Origin: Octopus vulgaris
Taxonomy: Eukaryota
NCBI GenBank assembly: GCA_951406725.2
Contig: OX597817.1
Location: 46,004,001 to 46,068,000 of the forward strand
Reading direction: 5' to 3'
Length of the DNA: 64,000 nt
Notes under the pieces: model-generated
What the model saw: only the letters and a program-made list of their open reading frames with translations
What the model was told of the DNA's origin: nothing
The model's database searches: none
Translations under genes and position numbers: made by a program
Shown: positions 13,151-26,786 of the stretch, in pieces
Numbering within the stretch: the stretch's first letter is position 1
Layout of the letters: each line of letters begins with the position of its first letter

Positions 13151-13672
13151 GCAATTCTTCTTCTTCTTCTTCGTCGTCGTCGTCGTCGTCGTCGTCGTTT
13201 TCTTCTTCTTCTTCTTCTTCTTCTTCTTCTTCTTCTTCTTCTTCTTCTTCTTCGCCGTCATCGCCTTCGTCGTCACCGCCGCCATCGTCTGCAAACACAG
13301 AACATTATGAGGTAATATCAGTTTGCAGTCGGAGATCTGAAAACTACGTCGATAACTACAACACCAACAACAAAAATAATACGCCCCACTACACACGCAT
13401 ACACATGCACACGCAAAATAAAACAAATAGGAATCAGACATTTTCAATGAAATACATGCAATATTTATTTTTGCACCTGGCACACATAAAATATGTAGAC
13501 ATGTTAAATAAATTTATTAGCTATGGAAATATGTATATACGTTGTTATGTATGCATAAAATAATGTCGAAGCTTTCTTTCTTCAGTTTTACAGTAAAGAA
13601 AATGAGAGAAAATTGCTTAATACATGTTTTACAGGATAATGTTTCTGTATAGAAAATGTAACACAGTTCATC

Positions 13673-13711
13673 TAGTACCTCGAGTTTCACGCCATTGCGA
13701 TCTTCAGGCTA
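13673..13711 (-). ncRNA. Degenerate minimal hammerhead
   Basis: Minus: TAGC-CTGAAGA-T CGC AATG GCG T-GAAA-CTCGAG-GT-ACTA; core, stem II and palindrome present, cleavage site and stem I imperfect. Confidence 0.5.
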
Positions 13712-13899
13712 TTTTAGTCAACACCACTGAAATTTAATAAACCTACCCTAGCACACAGACACACATACTCACACCACACACACACATAGTGTGTATATAT
13801 GTATATGTATATAAATATGTACATAGCAATAACAAATCTCTGAGATGTAAACAGTAGCAGCACGACATCTTGAAGAATTTTTGCCACCTAAATGTGGTT

Positions 13900-14030
13900 G
13901 ACCCGTATGGGTCAGCTGGCAAAAATGAGTAACGCTGCGATGGACTGGCGTCCCGTCCAGCTGAGGTACACATACGTCATAGAAACCGGGAAACCGGGCC
14001 CAAGAGTCTGGCTAGGCTTTAAAAGGGCAC
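13900..14030 (+). mobile_element. SINE family B-related 3' fragment
   Basis: CAGCTGGCAAAAATGAGTAACGCTGCGATGGACTGGCGTCCCGTCCAGCTG is the reverse complement of 5998-6050. Confidence 0.75.
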
Positions 14031-14201
14031 ATTATATATATATATATATGTATATATATATAAACATATATAGAATTACGATTCAGTTGAATTAGGCACT
14101 TAAATTAACGCACCGAGCCAGCACGGTATAGTCTGTGCAGCACGAAGTTAGACGAACAAAATGCAAATGGGTAACAAGGATATCCTTATTACATATTTTC
14201 C

Positions 14202-14240
<39 letters not shown>

Positions 14241-15454
14241 ATATATATCTATATATAGCGTGCTTTAAGGAGTACGAGTAACGGTTTTTGATAACTATTG
14301 AGAGTACCTCTAATTTCTATGTAGATATTTACATCGCTGTTTTCATTTGGCAGGTATAATATTAACAATTTTAAGATTTAGTCTCAAAAGACATCTTTAA
14401 TATATTAATGGTACGTTAATACATAAATGTTGTTGCACAATCTCATTATCAATGGCATTGATAGATTTCACGCCATCAAACAAGATGCGAGGTGATCATT
14501 AATAACCATTATTTAAGCAAGAATTATATAATAATTGCAATAAATTTATCTTATGTATTCATAACTTTTCCTGAGTAATTAATTAACAGCTAACTGTAAT
14601 TCATAATATGTGCCAGATTTAATTACATTTAGCGACGCTTTGTACGTTCGTCTGTATTTGTTTCTATATATTTATAGAAACGATTTTAACATAGGTTGCG
14701 TATGTATGTTTATGTAATATTTATGTATTGTTTATGTTATGTGTATGTGTGTATATGTGTTTAAAGGCCTATATATGAGTTACAAAGATGATTAAGTGGA
14801 CAAAAGTTTTCCTTCGAAATCAGGAAATATGAGATTGGATCCAAATGCGCAGCTTGTTGCAAGCGGTCACCTGTTACAGAGCATATGGTTACTCTAAATG
14901 ACGTGATTAAATTTGAATTGGAACGTACTGTTGGATTGTATATGAACATGTAACATAAATATATTTATATGCTGTGAAGACTCGTGTTGTAGAAGTCAGA
15001 ATATTACACTCACTAACATAAACTCTAGTATTCGACACCTTGATAAGTTAGTAGGTCCTTCCGTTTATCATTGTATTTCATTCACATTTCAGTTTGCTCA
15101 GCAACAATTGTGCCATGAAACAGATACTAGTCTATTCGTCTCTTCTTCAAGCACTAACGTCTCAAATTTTGTGTTGTGTCTCCAGTTTTGGTTGTGGATT
15201 GAAATTATGTCTATGAGCGTCACGTAAAATAATTAACGACGTCACCCTACATGATTGCAAATAATGCCGTAGAAAATACACCCTAAGACATTCATATCAG
15301 ATCTGGGAGAGTCAATATTCTAGTGATAATATGACGACTCACCACGTGGATATTTCATTCGTTGGATATTGTAGAAATATTTCGTTCTGTTTTAAAACCA
15401 ACTAGAAATGTATTAAATTCCATGTGCTTATTTTCTAAATCATATGTGGTGAGT

Positions 15455-15506
<52 letters not shown>

Positions 15507-16757
15507 GACACTTATATACATATACATACATACATTCATACATACATATACCAGCAGAAAATCACAGAAATGGCTCAAGGGTCGACAGATCAGTGCGTGG
15601 TAGTTATCAAGATTTGATGACATTTGATAAATGCCGTGTACTATTCGCTTAGCCCCTGAATACATGTAACTTTCTGCCGATTGTAATTAGAAAATATATA
15701 CACTGATGTATTGATTTCTGTTTCTTCTAATTCTGCTAGCAAACGTATGTGTGTCTCTGAACGTACGTTTACGACAAAACGCCTATGCGTGTATTTGTTT
15801 ATTAGCGCTTGCCAGTGAAGATTTTCCTCAAGCGAAGAAAATATTCCACTTGAATCGTCATACTTGTATCAAGTAGAAACATCAAATTAAGTCTACGGCT
15901 GCTAGTAGGAATTAAATGTATGATAAGAGATAACACGAACAGATAGTCTGAAACAGAGAGCAAGAAAATAGAACGCATGAGACTTTTGTAAGAGGCCTTT
16001 AAATGCAGAGTGGTAATAGTCTGTCTATTATAAGTTTTTCACAAATCTTAAAGTTATCGAAAATAGCTGGGCTTCTGATGCATATTCTCCAGAAAGCTAA
16101 ATAGTCTGGATTGTTGGAGAAAATGCTTTTCTTCCAGGAATGCAATGTTTGGTAATTGGAGAGGTATGCGTACGTTATAAGAGGAAATGGAATAAAGCAA
16201 AGCATGTTGTGATCTGACATAAAAGAAACAGACAGAAAGACAGCGACTGTGATTAATAGTGAACATTCTCGTAATGGCTGCTTAAATTTCTGCATCAATA
16301 AAAGCCGTATTTGTTAAAGCGGAACGCAGCCAGACGTTGCATATATTATACAAATGTAGACGTGTAACAATCATTAGCACACATATGTAAAAGCATATAC
16401 ACATGTTGCTATGTAGTCTTGCGAACATGTAATCCTTGAATAGATGAATAATCAAATAATTTGTATGTACATTTGCATGTGTGTGTATGTGTATTTATCT
16501 GTATGCACACAATCACGCGCACACACACGCACACACACACACACACACACATACACACACACACATATATATATATATATACATACATATATGAATAGGC
16601 ATTTATATATTTCTCTATATATACAAATACATATATGCATACATATACACAATATTCATAAGTATGTTAATGTGTGTGTGCATATATATATATGCATATA
16701 TATATATATATATATATGTACATATATGTATATATATATATACCTATATATATATAC

Positions 16758-16810
<53 letters not shown>

Positions 16811-17440
16811 TTCACACGTAGTTATAGACGTTGACACATACACTTACATAGACATCGACACAGAATTGTATAAATTTGTGCATGTATGTATGTAGGCATA
16901 CATATGTGTATATATGATAGTGCGCATGCATGTATGTATTTATACTTTTCCACTTAACGTACATTGCTGACTACATTAGCATATATCTCTGTACGTTTGC
17001 TTGACTTTGTGTCTAAAGTAACAATAGCACAAATTCTACAGATACGAAAGCCTTTAAGGATAATAACTTCCGATACTAAAATGCGCAGCGCTCGAGAAGT
17101 TTCCTTCCCGTATTATCAGTAATATTTATATAACATTATGTAATGGCGTTTCGACTAAATCAAATGAGATATAACTATCATTTACTGATCATTGGCTACG
17201 CCAGCAATAGACTGGAAAATTAGACATCTTCCTTTTCTAGTATCAAGATGTCCAACATTAGACGAGAATGAGATTCAAATTGAATTTTACTGCTTTATTA
17301 ATGGGAGATTTGGCTTGATGTTCAGTACATAATGTGTATACCTGTGTGTTGAATTTTGAAATTAAGGACGGCCATCTTTTATGTAATTTGTAAAAGTTAA
17401 TGGGTAAACTAATATTCACAATTATGATATCAATGAAGAC

Positions 17441-17444
<4 letters not shown>

Positions 17445-17512
<68 letters not shown>
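17445..17512. repeat. (TAA)n microsatellite
   Basis: TAA run. Confidence 0.95.
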
Positions 17513-17689
17513 CATTATTAGTATTATAAATATCATTGACTTTGTTATAATCATCCGTGATATTGTTGTTGAATTTATTATATTTTTCGTATTCATTTGA
17601 TTTCCATTTAATTCATCTTCCGGCTGGCTCTCAACCACGCACCTAAAGCACGTATATTATTAAATAGAGAAAAATTCTTTGAACCTCAT

Positions 17690-18175
17690 ACTTTGTTGGT
17701 TCCCTGGAATCTGGTCAAAATTTGTTTCGTATTTTTTTTTATTATTCCCAGAGCACCCACAACAATATTTTACTGTATCTATTTCTTTTCTCGTAAGCAT
17801 ATCCGAGTCCTTACTATGTAGCGTTACTTCTTGCCATTGTTCATTTAAGGTGCTTTGTAGTTCCAGTTTTAGATAGGATACTAGTTGCATTGCACCCTTT
17901 TTCTTTCTTGTTTTTCTTCTTGGCTATCTGGTATTTTGAATACAATTTCTGTGGCTTCTCGTCTCCCTTGAAGATCGAAGACAGATTTTTCTTTTGTTTT
18001 CTTTTGCGACAATTTGTATCATTTTTTACCAAGTCCTGAATTAGAAGCTCTATGCTGGTTATTTTAGAGTAGTTTTCCAGTTGTATATAAGGTCTTTACC
18101 ATCTTCAGTTCATACTAAATGGGATATCCCTATGCCAGATTTTGCGTGGTGTATTCTAAAACCTGTCATTTTTCG
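17690..18175 (-). pseudogene. Degenerate R4/Dong-type LINE post-RT fragment
   Basis: KMTGFRIHHAKSGI..., YIQLENYSKITSIEL..., EQWQEVTLHSKDSDMLTRKEID resemble the MHHPKSDxxRLY / GLIQLE / WxxKxLHGxY..xxID motifs of R4-clade ORFs. Confidence 0.55.
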
Positions 18176-18185
18176 TAAAGGCACG

Positions 18186-18446
18186 AGGAGGATGAGAAGA
18201 AGAGGAAGTAGACGAAGAATAAGGAGGAGGAGGCATGATAAAGGAACAGGAGGAGGAGAAGGCGCGAAAAAGGAGGAGAGGGAGGAAGAGGGGAGGAGGG
18301 AAGGAATAGGGGAGAAGGGAAGGAAGAAGGGAGAAGGGAAGAAAGAGGGGAGAAGGGAAGAAAGAGGGGAGAAGGGAAGGAAGAGGGGAGAAGGGAAGGA
18401 AGAGGCGAGGAGATGAAGAAGGAGAAGAAGAAGAAGAAGAAGAAGA
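18186..18446. repeat. Purine-rich low-complexity (GA/GAA) tract
   Basis: Repeated GGGGAGAAGGGAAG and GAA units. Confidence 0.85.
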
Positions 18447-19628
18447 GTCACTTTTAGCAAAAGGACAAGGTAGCTTCAAATTTGGTGTCGAAATTTAGCT
18501 GATTAAATTCCAATGCAGTTCAGAATTAGTAAATTACTTTTTCTATCATGTATGGATAAGAAGAAAAGAGAACTCGACGTATTTGAACAGTGAACATAAA
18601 AAGCTAGAATCATTATCTAAACCTAGTTCTTATGATTTTCCATTAATTCTGCTGTATGCAGATATTTTCCAGGAAAATTCATTATCCCTATTTCTAAATT
18701 ATGCAAGAGGAAACTAAAATATACTCTGGCGTCCACTAATAAAGAAATCGATAATCTACTCTGCGTAGATTCCTTCAAAATTATACCATATAACAGTGGA
18801 AAGAATTCTTTGAATCTATCAGCTAATTTCCAAAGGAAGAATAGGATCGCACTTTGGAATTTCAGATGAGTTACCTTAGTAGTACATATTTGAATCAAAA
18901 GGTAAACACACAGAGAATTACAATTCAAATATTGAGGAAAAGTGTGGCTGAGGGCTTGTAAGAAATGTTGTTAGAAATTTAAATACTTATGGGTATCAAG
19001 CTAAAACGAGATAAAGATTTGTAAATCTGAGAGAAAGGAATAAGATGAAGAGAGGAAGCACCTTCCAAATATAACCAAGAGCAATGGAATAACAATAAAT
19101 ATATTAACACTGAAGCATTATAAATACTGAGATATCATTTGATATTTCTGCAGTGAAATATAAGAACTTGATGTATTTGTTACATTCACTAAAATGCAGA
19201 TAACAAGGGTTAATGCCTTTACATACGGGATGCATTGGTTATAGATAACATAAGAGAGAAAAGTGGAGGCAAATGTTAATTAAAACGATTCAGAATACTT
19301 GATATACATGTATGTGATAAACTACTTTAAGATAAGAGAAGACAAGCTTACGTTGGCAAAAAGCACGTCATGTAATTAAAGAAACAGCTCGGCACCCAAT
19401 TGGTTTCAAGTTCGATTCTACTATTCTGTTCATCAAATGAATATCTTCTGACTTACCAGGGCAGTGTTTAAGGGCGTAAATAGGTAGATTGCAATCGCAG
19501 AAAGATTGTCGATCGGGTCTTGACCGATGAAATTCATACGATTACAAACCACTGGTTGTCAAGTGTCGTTATTAAATTACAGGCTACACTTTCTTTCTCG
19601 CCATTTGTCTCAGAGACACTGTAAGAAA

Positions 19629-19852
19629 ATACAGTTCTATATTTAAGAGATGAGGAATTACATTATTTACATTATTTATATTCGACGGATATTTGTCCTC
19701 ATCTTGTTTTTGTTAACACTCCACTGAAACCTAATGTCGACTGCGTACCGATAAGATTATACAGTTCTATATTTAAGAGATGAGGAATTATGTACATTAT
19801 TTACATTCGATGATGAGGACAAATACCGGTCGAATGTAAATAATGTAAATAA
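19629..19852. mobile_element. Element with direct plus inverted terminal repeats (Penelope-like pseudo-LTR architecture)
   Basis: ATACAGTTCTATATTTAAGAGATGAGGAATTA at 19629 and 19759; 19812-19852 is an inverted copy of 19663-19703. Confidence 0.6.
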
Positions 19853-20984
19853 AGTCCCATAAGAAAAGTTTGAACACAACAAATACAAGATCAATGCAAT
19901 CAAAATTTCGATAAAAAGTGCGAATTACAAATCGAAAAGTAAAATGTATCAAACAATTAATTCCGAATATATCAAAGAATGGCACGGTAGAACAAGAACA
20001 ACAAGATTGGTTGAGATTTGAACGGAACAACAAAATAGAGCAGCAACACTCAGGCGTAAGATGAATATCGCTATTGAAACGAGCATAAGGAGGAGCGTGG
20101 GAGTAAAACGGAATTGTAAACCATATAAATTGTAAATTTTGAGAGAGGATGTACAAATATAAGAGGCACATATGTATGAAGAAAATATATTTCTACGGAT
20201 TAACAGAATATTTATATTCAAATTATATTGGTAATGGCATCATCATCATCATCATCTCTCAAATTCTTATTGAAATTGGCTGGTTTAAGATTTTGTAGAT
20301 TATCTTAACGTAAATGAAAGTTGATCACAATATATAATTTATCACATTTCTATTTAAATCCCTGCTTATCCTATCATATTACATCTATAAATCTTGAGTG
20401 CTGACAATCCACTCATACTAATTTATTTCTGTATTACTGAATATGGTGTAGGGGTAAGTATGTCTGTGAACGTTATATGTAGTGGTGTTCAAGAAATATT
20501 CGTTTTTTCACCGTTAATACAATTATGGTGTTGTTGTGGTAATCAGTTACGTTATTCCTTTTTTTCTGCAGCTACGAAATAAGAAATGTCAATCTGTCGA
20601 GTTAAGACTGAATTTTCTTAACGCATTGAAAAGTTTATCTGATTTTATGTAGGAAAATGTTTCTGAAAGAAGTGAGTAATTATATTCTGAGACATGTCTG
20701 TTCATCGTAGCAAGAAAGAAAGAAAAAAAGAACTTGTTTTATTGTATTCGTTGTCCCGAATATGCAACGCTGTTGAAACGGAACAAAATGTGCTGCATTT
20801 CATATTTTGATTTCATGTTCAAAGAGGCAAGCGAATCTACCAAAGCGTGAAGCGTTTCATACAGAAAAAAGCGATTTTCAAGAAACGCAAACAAAACGAT
20901 TTCAAAATAATAAGCACTGTGGGATACACGTAAAATAATAAACACACACACTCACACACTCACACACCCGCACACACATACTTG

Positions 20985-21035
<51 letters not shown>

Positions 21036-21296
21036 TCTCACACACACGTATATGTATACAGGAGGCTAGGACATTTACCCCCTCATGGAAATAACCCCCC
21101 AGGACAATTACCACTGAGGCCAACAGATGAAGATATAAACTTCTTAATATATTGGGAGAGGGCCATTAACCAAGGAAGGGAGTTAATTGCCGTCGCAGTA
21201 AATTCTCATGATAAGGAATACATATATGTACGTGTGTGTATATATATATAAATGTGTGTGTGTGTGTGTGTGTAGAAGGTTGAAACAGAACTCACG

Positions 21297-22050
21297 AGTA
21301 TGGAAAACAATGAATTTTTGAAAAATTAAAAAAAAAAAAAATTTTAAGAATATTTGCATAGTGTTCAAATACAAGTGGCATTTTCCTTGTTTCTGCCTGT
21401 CTCTGTCTCTCTTGTTTATTCTTGTGGGTTCGAGGTCGTTGTGAATTCTTGGTATGGAGGAGGAGGAAGAAAAAGAAGGAGAAGGAGTAGAAGGGGAAGA
21501 AGAAGAAGAAGAAGAAGAAGAAGAAGAAGAAGAAGAAGAATGCGGGAGTGCCATGATAGTAGTATGTTATAAACGACACTTTCAAAAGTGATGTTTCAGG
21601 AATTCAGTCAGTACTACCATCCACAACCGGTCACTTTCAGGTCACTCGACCATTTAGCATACTACCATCGTGGCACACACTCATTCTTCTTCTTCTTCTT
21701 CTTCTTCTTCTTCTTCTTCTTCTTCTTCTTCTTCTTCTTCTTCTTCTTCTTCTTCTTCTTCTTCTTCTTCTTCTTCTTCTTCTTCTTCTTCTTCTTCGTA
21801 TTCCCTACCAAGAATTCACAACGACCTGGAGCCCACAAGAGTAAGTATGAGAGACAGAAACAGGCGGAAACAATGAAAATGCCACTTGCTCTTGAAAACT
21901 ATTCAAATATTCTATTAAAAATTTTCTTTTAATTTTCCCAAAATGTAATTGTTTTCCATACTTATAGTTGAAAAATTCTCAATGAGTGAAACCGGTACTG
22001 AAATCTTTTTTAAAAAATTATTTTAGCATTTTCTACCTTGACATTTTTCC
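21297..22050 (+). mobile_element. Family U element with inverted partial copy (head-to-head foldback)
   Basis: 21297-21570 is the reverse complement of about 21655-21962, including the (GAA)n/(TTC)n tracts; spacer about 85 bp. Confidence 0.75.
21965..22000 (+). ncRNA. Minimal type I hammerhead, U3-A8 core variant
   Basis: TAG-TTGAAAA-ATTC-TCAAT-GAGT-GAAA-CCGG-TA-CTG. Confidence 0.65.
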
Positions 22051-22169
22051 ATATATATATATATATATATATATATGCAGGTCCCGGGTTGAGTCGGGGT
22101 TAACCACAGTAAATAAGGTACTCAATACATAGCAGAGTAAATTAATTTATTTTATAGGAGCTTCTACAG

Positions 22170-22227
<58 letters not shown>

Positions 22228-22230
<3 letters not shown>

Positions 22231-22370
22231 CTTTCTCTTCTTTCTGAAGAGCTTTGCTCGAAACGTAAAACCACCTCTTTCATCCCCTGAGCGTGTGCTA
22301 ACACTTTGCATCTACCAAGACCTCGCGTTGTTTTTTCTTGTTTGTTCTTCGTTTTGGGGGGATTTACCAT
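22228..22370 (+). mobile_element. Family G short element with decayed hammerhead-like motif
   Basis: TTTCTGAAGAGCTTTGCTCGAAACGTAAAA; homologous to 23738-23950, 34786-34965, 37590-37745, 47955-48137; embedded in (TA)n. Confidence 0.6.
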
Positions 22371-22691
22371 GTATATATATATATATCTTTACTAAAGTAG
22401 GAAAAATTGTAACAATTAGTGCACAACGATGCCTCATCTAAAACTACAATAAACTGAACACAAATTATATTTTATTACGGTGAAGGGAAATGTTGTTTGA
22501 AATTTTTGCTGGCGTCATAATGTGCAAGCATGCAGGGAGTCCTAGATGTAATCGTGATTTTCCTACGCTTTCTTAATTATGCATATACAGACAGTTGCGA
22601 AATGCTTGAGCCACCAAACCGAACAGGCAGAAAGAACAATTCATTCAAGAAAATAAACCCCTAGAAGAGAAAAGAAAGAAATCGGTAGGGT

Positions 22692-22755
<64 letters not shown>

Positions 22756-23152
22756 ACATATCAATATAAGAGAAAAGCTTCGAGAAATTGTCAAAAGACA
22801 CTGTTTGCCTCCTGTGGAGTAAACTCAATAGTTGGGTAATATTGAAGTCATAATTATGTGCAATGCCTTACGGGTACCCAATAATGTATTGAAATATAAG
22901 ATATGGAGGAGGAATATGAAAAAAAAATGTTATATCCAAGGTGCTCCATGCAGTGCCTTTGACTAGCCATTCAAAAATTGCTGAACAAATGAATCTCCTT
23001 TCGTGAATAGATATTCAGTGATATACTTACACACACACATATATGTATATGTATATATGCATGTATATTTATATGCATATAAATCTATATTTATCTATCA
23101 ATATATATATATATATATATATATAAATATATGTATATATATATATATATAA

Positions 23153-23193
<41 letters not shown>

Positions 23194-23243
23194 TATGTAT
23201 ATATATATATATATAAATATATGTATATATATATATATATAAA

Positions 23244-23305
<62 letters not shown>

Positions 23306-23624
23306 AATATATGTATATATATATGTATATATATATACAGAGTGTAAGGTAAGAGAGAGGGCGGGGATATCCAAAAATAGGCTTTCTTTGAAATGAAATT
23401 CGCTATCAAAATATAGAAATACAATACTGTTTTTTTAAAGTGCACGTCTATCTGAGACATTCAGACAAAAAGATATGTTTTTATAGGACTCACTCGGATT
23501 TAGTAATGATCAGTAAAATCATAATTGTAAATACGATGTCCCTCAGACATACTTTCATATCACCGATTTCCTGTCATAATAAAAGTTTATTTCTTGCTAA
23601 AATATATATACATACACACACAAC

Positions 23625-23988
<364 letters not shown>

Positions 23989-24117
23989 TAAAAAGAATTC
24001 CAACCTTGTCTGATTTTCACGTTTTATTTACAATCTTATAATGATATATTATAAGATAATATATTATAATTGAATAAAATAAAATGAAATAGTAGAATGT
24101 TAAATATTCATTCTGAT

Positions 24118-24162
24118 TGAACTAGTACTTTCATGCATTGAATTCTGCAATCTTCGGGTTCA
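24118..24162 (-). ncRNA. Minimal hammerhead in the Penelope 3' region (U4C variant)
   Basis: Minus: TGAAC-CCGAAGA-T TGCA GAATTCAA TGCA T-GAAA-GTAC-TA-GTTCA; 5-bp stem I and palindromic GTAC loop. Confidence 0.78.
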
Positions 24163-24659
24163 TGTAGTAGTGTTGACAGTCATGCTTCACAATTTTTGAC
24201 TGTAGCAAGATGAGTGATTCTGTGCTATAAATACAGCTGGGTAGGCTCCAGAGTGCTAGGTTTTGCAAACTGTATTCTGACCAATCAGTGTGTAGTATCA
24301 CTCAATTAATTAAGCTGATTGGTTGGTTGAGCTGATTGGTTTAGGCATCACGCTTTGTTGGACAGGTCAAGAGTCCTGTATCTTGACCCTGGCCGAAGCA
24401 GCAATTGTTGGGTTATTTTTAGAAATGTTGTAAATATCCTTTGTCAGAGATTTTTATATTTTTATATTTCAATTGTCATCATCATCATTGTCAGCACCTT
24501 AATTATTGTTGCTAGTGGTGATGGTGGTGGCAATAGAACTTTTAACCCTAAATAAGATAATTTTCCTGCTATCTTCGTCTTGATCACCTTTAGTATTGTT
24601 GTTGTTGTTGTTAGTGGTCATGGTCGTAGCAGTGGAAGTAATACCTCTAAGTATTATTA

Positions 24660-26024
24660 TTATTGCTTATTTAGCTTGGGTTCGAATTTATCAATAAAAT
24701 TCTTTTCTCTGATTTTCCTCTCGATTTCACTTGGGCTGTGTAATTTGTAGAATGGAAATATTATATATATTTTCCGACCACATGTTGCTAGGTGCTTACT
24801 CAAAGGTATCTGACGGACCTCTGGGTCTCTAATCTGTTGCCGGTGTACACGTGAGCGTTCTAATAGTGCGTTTCCCGTCTGACCTACATATATTTCTTCA
24901 CAATTTGGGCATTTGATGCAGTAAATTAAATTTCTGCTTTTGCAGTTCATATTCGCGTTTGTGAATATTTTCCCGGTTTTTGTGTTTATATATTGACCGG
25001 TATGTATGAATTGGCATGTGCCACATCGGCTATCATTGCATTTAGATACCGTGAATGTTTGGTCTTTGTTGCTGAGGTCAAATTTTGCCTTTGTTAGTAA
25101 TGTTTTCAAGTTTTTAGGCTGTCTTTTACTAAGCACCATAGCTCGATCCTTGATTATGTCTTTTAATTCATTACTTTGGGCAATGATTGGTAGGTTTGCT
25201 TTGGCAATGTTGAAGATATTCTGGTGACATGGGTTGTGTGTCACTATGAATGGTATTACTTGTTCTTGTTTTCCTCTTCCTTGGGTTGTCCTAAGTTGTT
25301 GTATAGGTATTTTTATAGCCCGCTGTATGCCATTTTCTATAAGTAGAGATGGGTATTTTTGTTTGAGCAAAAATTCTCTTAGTTCTATTAGGCGTTTGTT
25401 CCTGATATTTGCATCTTCTACAATAGTACAAATTCTTCTGGCTAGGCAGTATGGGATGTTACGTTTTGTATGTGGTGGATGGCACGACTTAAAATTTAGG
25501 TATTGATGTGTGTCTGTGTGTTTATAGTATATATCTGTGGTGATGGTGGTGTCTTTTTTAATTACCATTATATCCAGGAATGGTAATTTGGTACTACTCA
25601 TCTCCTTTGTAAATTTGAGAGATGGGTGTAGGTTGTTCAGGAGGATATTGAACTCTTCCAGAGTATTTAGAGATTCTGTCCAGATTATGAAACAGTCGTC
25701 TAGGTATCTCTTCCATGCCTTTTCAATATACTTTCTAAATCCAGTGCCATAGTTTACCTCCACCTCTTGGTAGAGTTGTTCTTCTAAGTATCCCATTACA
25801 GAGTTGGCGTAAACGGGAGCAAACCTCGTTCCCATCGCCGTGCCTCTAATTTGGATGTAATTCTTTCCATTGAAGAAGAATGTGTTATTTTCTAGAATAA
25901 GTTTGACTGTGTCTAATATAAATGGCACTGTGAATCTGCTGGGAATCACTTCTCTATGTTTTTCTAACCAGTATTTAATCGCCTTTATTCCTAAATCGTG
26001 TGGAATATTGGTGTAGAGGCTTAC
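24660..26024 (-). CDS. Penelope-like reverse transcriptase / GIY-YIG endonuclease (N-terminally truncated, 454 aa uninterrupted)
   Basis: SLYTNIP, QIRGTAMGTRFAPVYAN, RYLDD, LPFLD and YYKHTDTHQYL RT/thumb motifs; CNDSRCGTC linker; NLIYCIKCPNCEEIYVGQT..R..HR..HL GIY-YIG domain. The ORF-track start (26114) lies in the microsatellite. Confidence 0.93.
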   Translation of the reverse strand, partial: VSLYTNIPHDLGIKAIKYWLEKHREVIPSRFTVPFILDTVKLILENNTFFFNGKNYIQIRGTAMGTRFAPVYANSVMGYLEEQLYQEVEVNYGTGFRKYIEKAWKRYLDDCFIIWTESLNTLEEFNILLNNLHPSLKFTKEMSSTKLPFLDIMVIKKDTTITTDIYYKHTDTHQYLNFKSCHPPHTKRNIPYCLARRICTIVEDANIRNKRLIELREFLLKQKYPSLLIENGIQRAIKIPIQQLRTTQGRGKQEQVIPFIVTHNPCHQNIFNIAKANLPIIAQSNELKDIIKDRAMVLSKRQPKNLKTLLTKAKFDLSNKDQTFTVSKCNDSRCGTCQFIHTGQYINTKTGKIFTNANMNCKSRNLIYCIKCPNCEEIYVGQTGNALLERSRVHRQQIRDPEVRQIPLSKHLATCGRKIYIIFPFYKLHSPSEIERKIREKNFIDKFEPKLNKQ

Positions 26025-26033
26025 ATATATATA

Positions 26034-26094
<61 letters not shown>

Positions 26095-26489
26095 ATATGC
26101 ATACATATATACATACATAACTGTCTGCGTCACCACACATTCATATATATATATATATATACATATATATACCTTTAATATTATACTCTATGTAATTACG
26201 AAAACTGTTTCCACTCAGTTGCAGCTTAAAACCTATTAACATGTTTAAAATATAATTATAAATGAATTTTTACAAATTCTAAATTGAATTAAACATAATT
26301 TTTGAAAAAGTTGTGCCCTAATTAATTATTGAAACAGGGATTTTTTTCTTACTTTTCTTTACATTCATAATAAGTTACGAAACTATGTTTATACTATCCA
26401 GTATCTTTGTGTGTATAATCGCCATTAGCAATTGGAAGAGTCGAAGACTTGCGCTCTATACAGTTTCCTAATTTTTCCTTGGTTTTTAT

Positions 26490-26786
26490 GTGCCCTATTC
26501 AAGCCTAGCCAGAACTCATGGGCCCGGTTTCTCGGTTTCTATGTCGTATGTGTTCCCCAGTTGGACGGCGCGCCAGTCCATCGCAGCGTTACTCAAGAAA
26601 CAGGAAGAAAGAGTGAGAGAAAGTTGGAACAAAAGAGTACAACAGGGGTCGCCACCATCCCCTGCCAGAGCCTCGTGGAGCTTTTTTTCGTGCGATAAAC
26701 ACACACAACGCCCAGTCTGGGAATCGAAACCGCGATCCTTCGACCGCGAGTTCGCTGCCCCAAACACTGGGCAATTGCGCCTCCAC
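26490..26786 (-). mobile_element. SINE family B
   Basis: Minus head GTGGAGGCGCAATTGCCCAGTG, B box GGTTTCGATTCC. Confidence 0.85.

Larger units (their letters stand above)
23985..26024 (-). mobile_element. Penelope-like retrotransposon (Neptune-type), 5'-truncated, inserted in (TA)n
   Basis: RT plus GIY-YIG ORF, about 670-bp 3' non-coding region with a hammerhead, TA/TAGA repeats on both sides. Confidence 0.9.

Noticed and set aside
18680-19260. Possible plus-strand R4/Dong RT remnant (IDNLLCVDSFKI resembles INHLLFMDDLKL)
   Set aside because: Too many stops and frameshifts to support without a profile search
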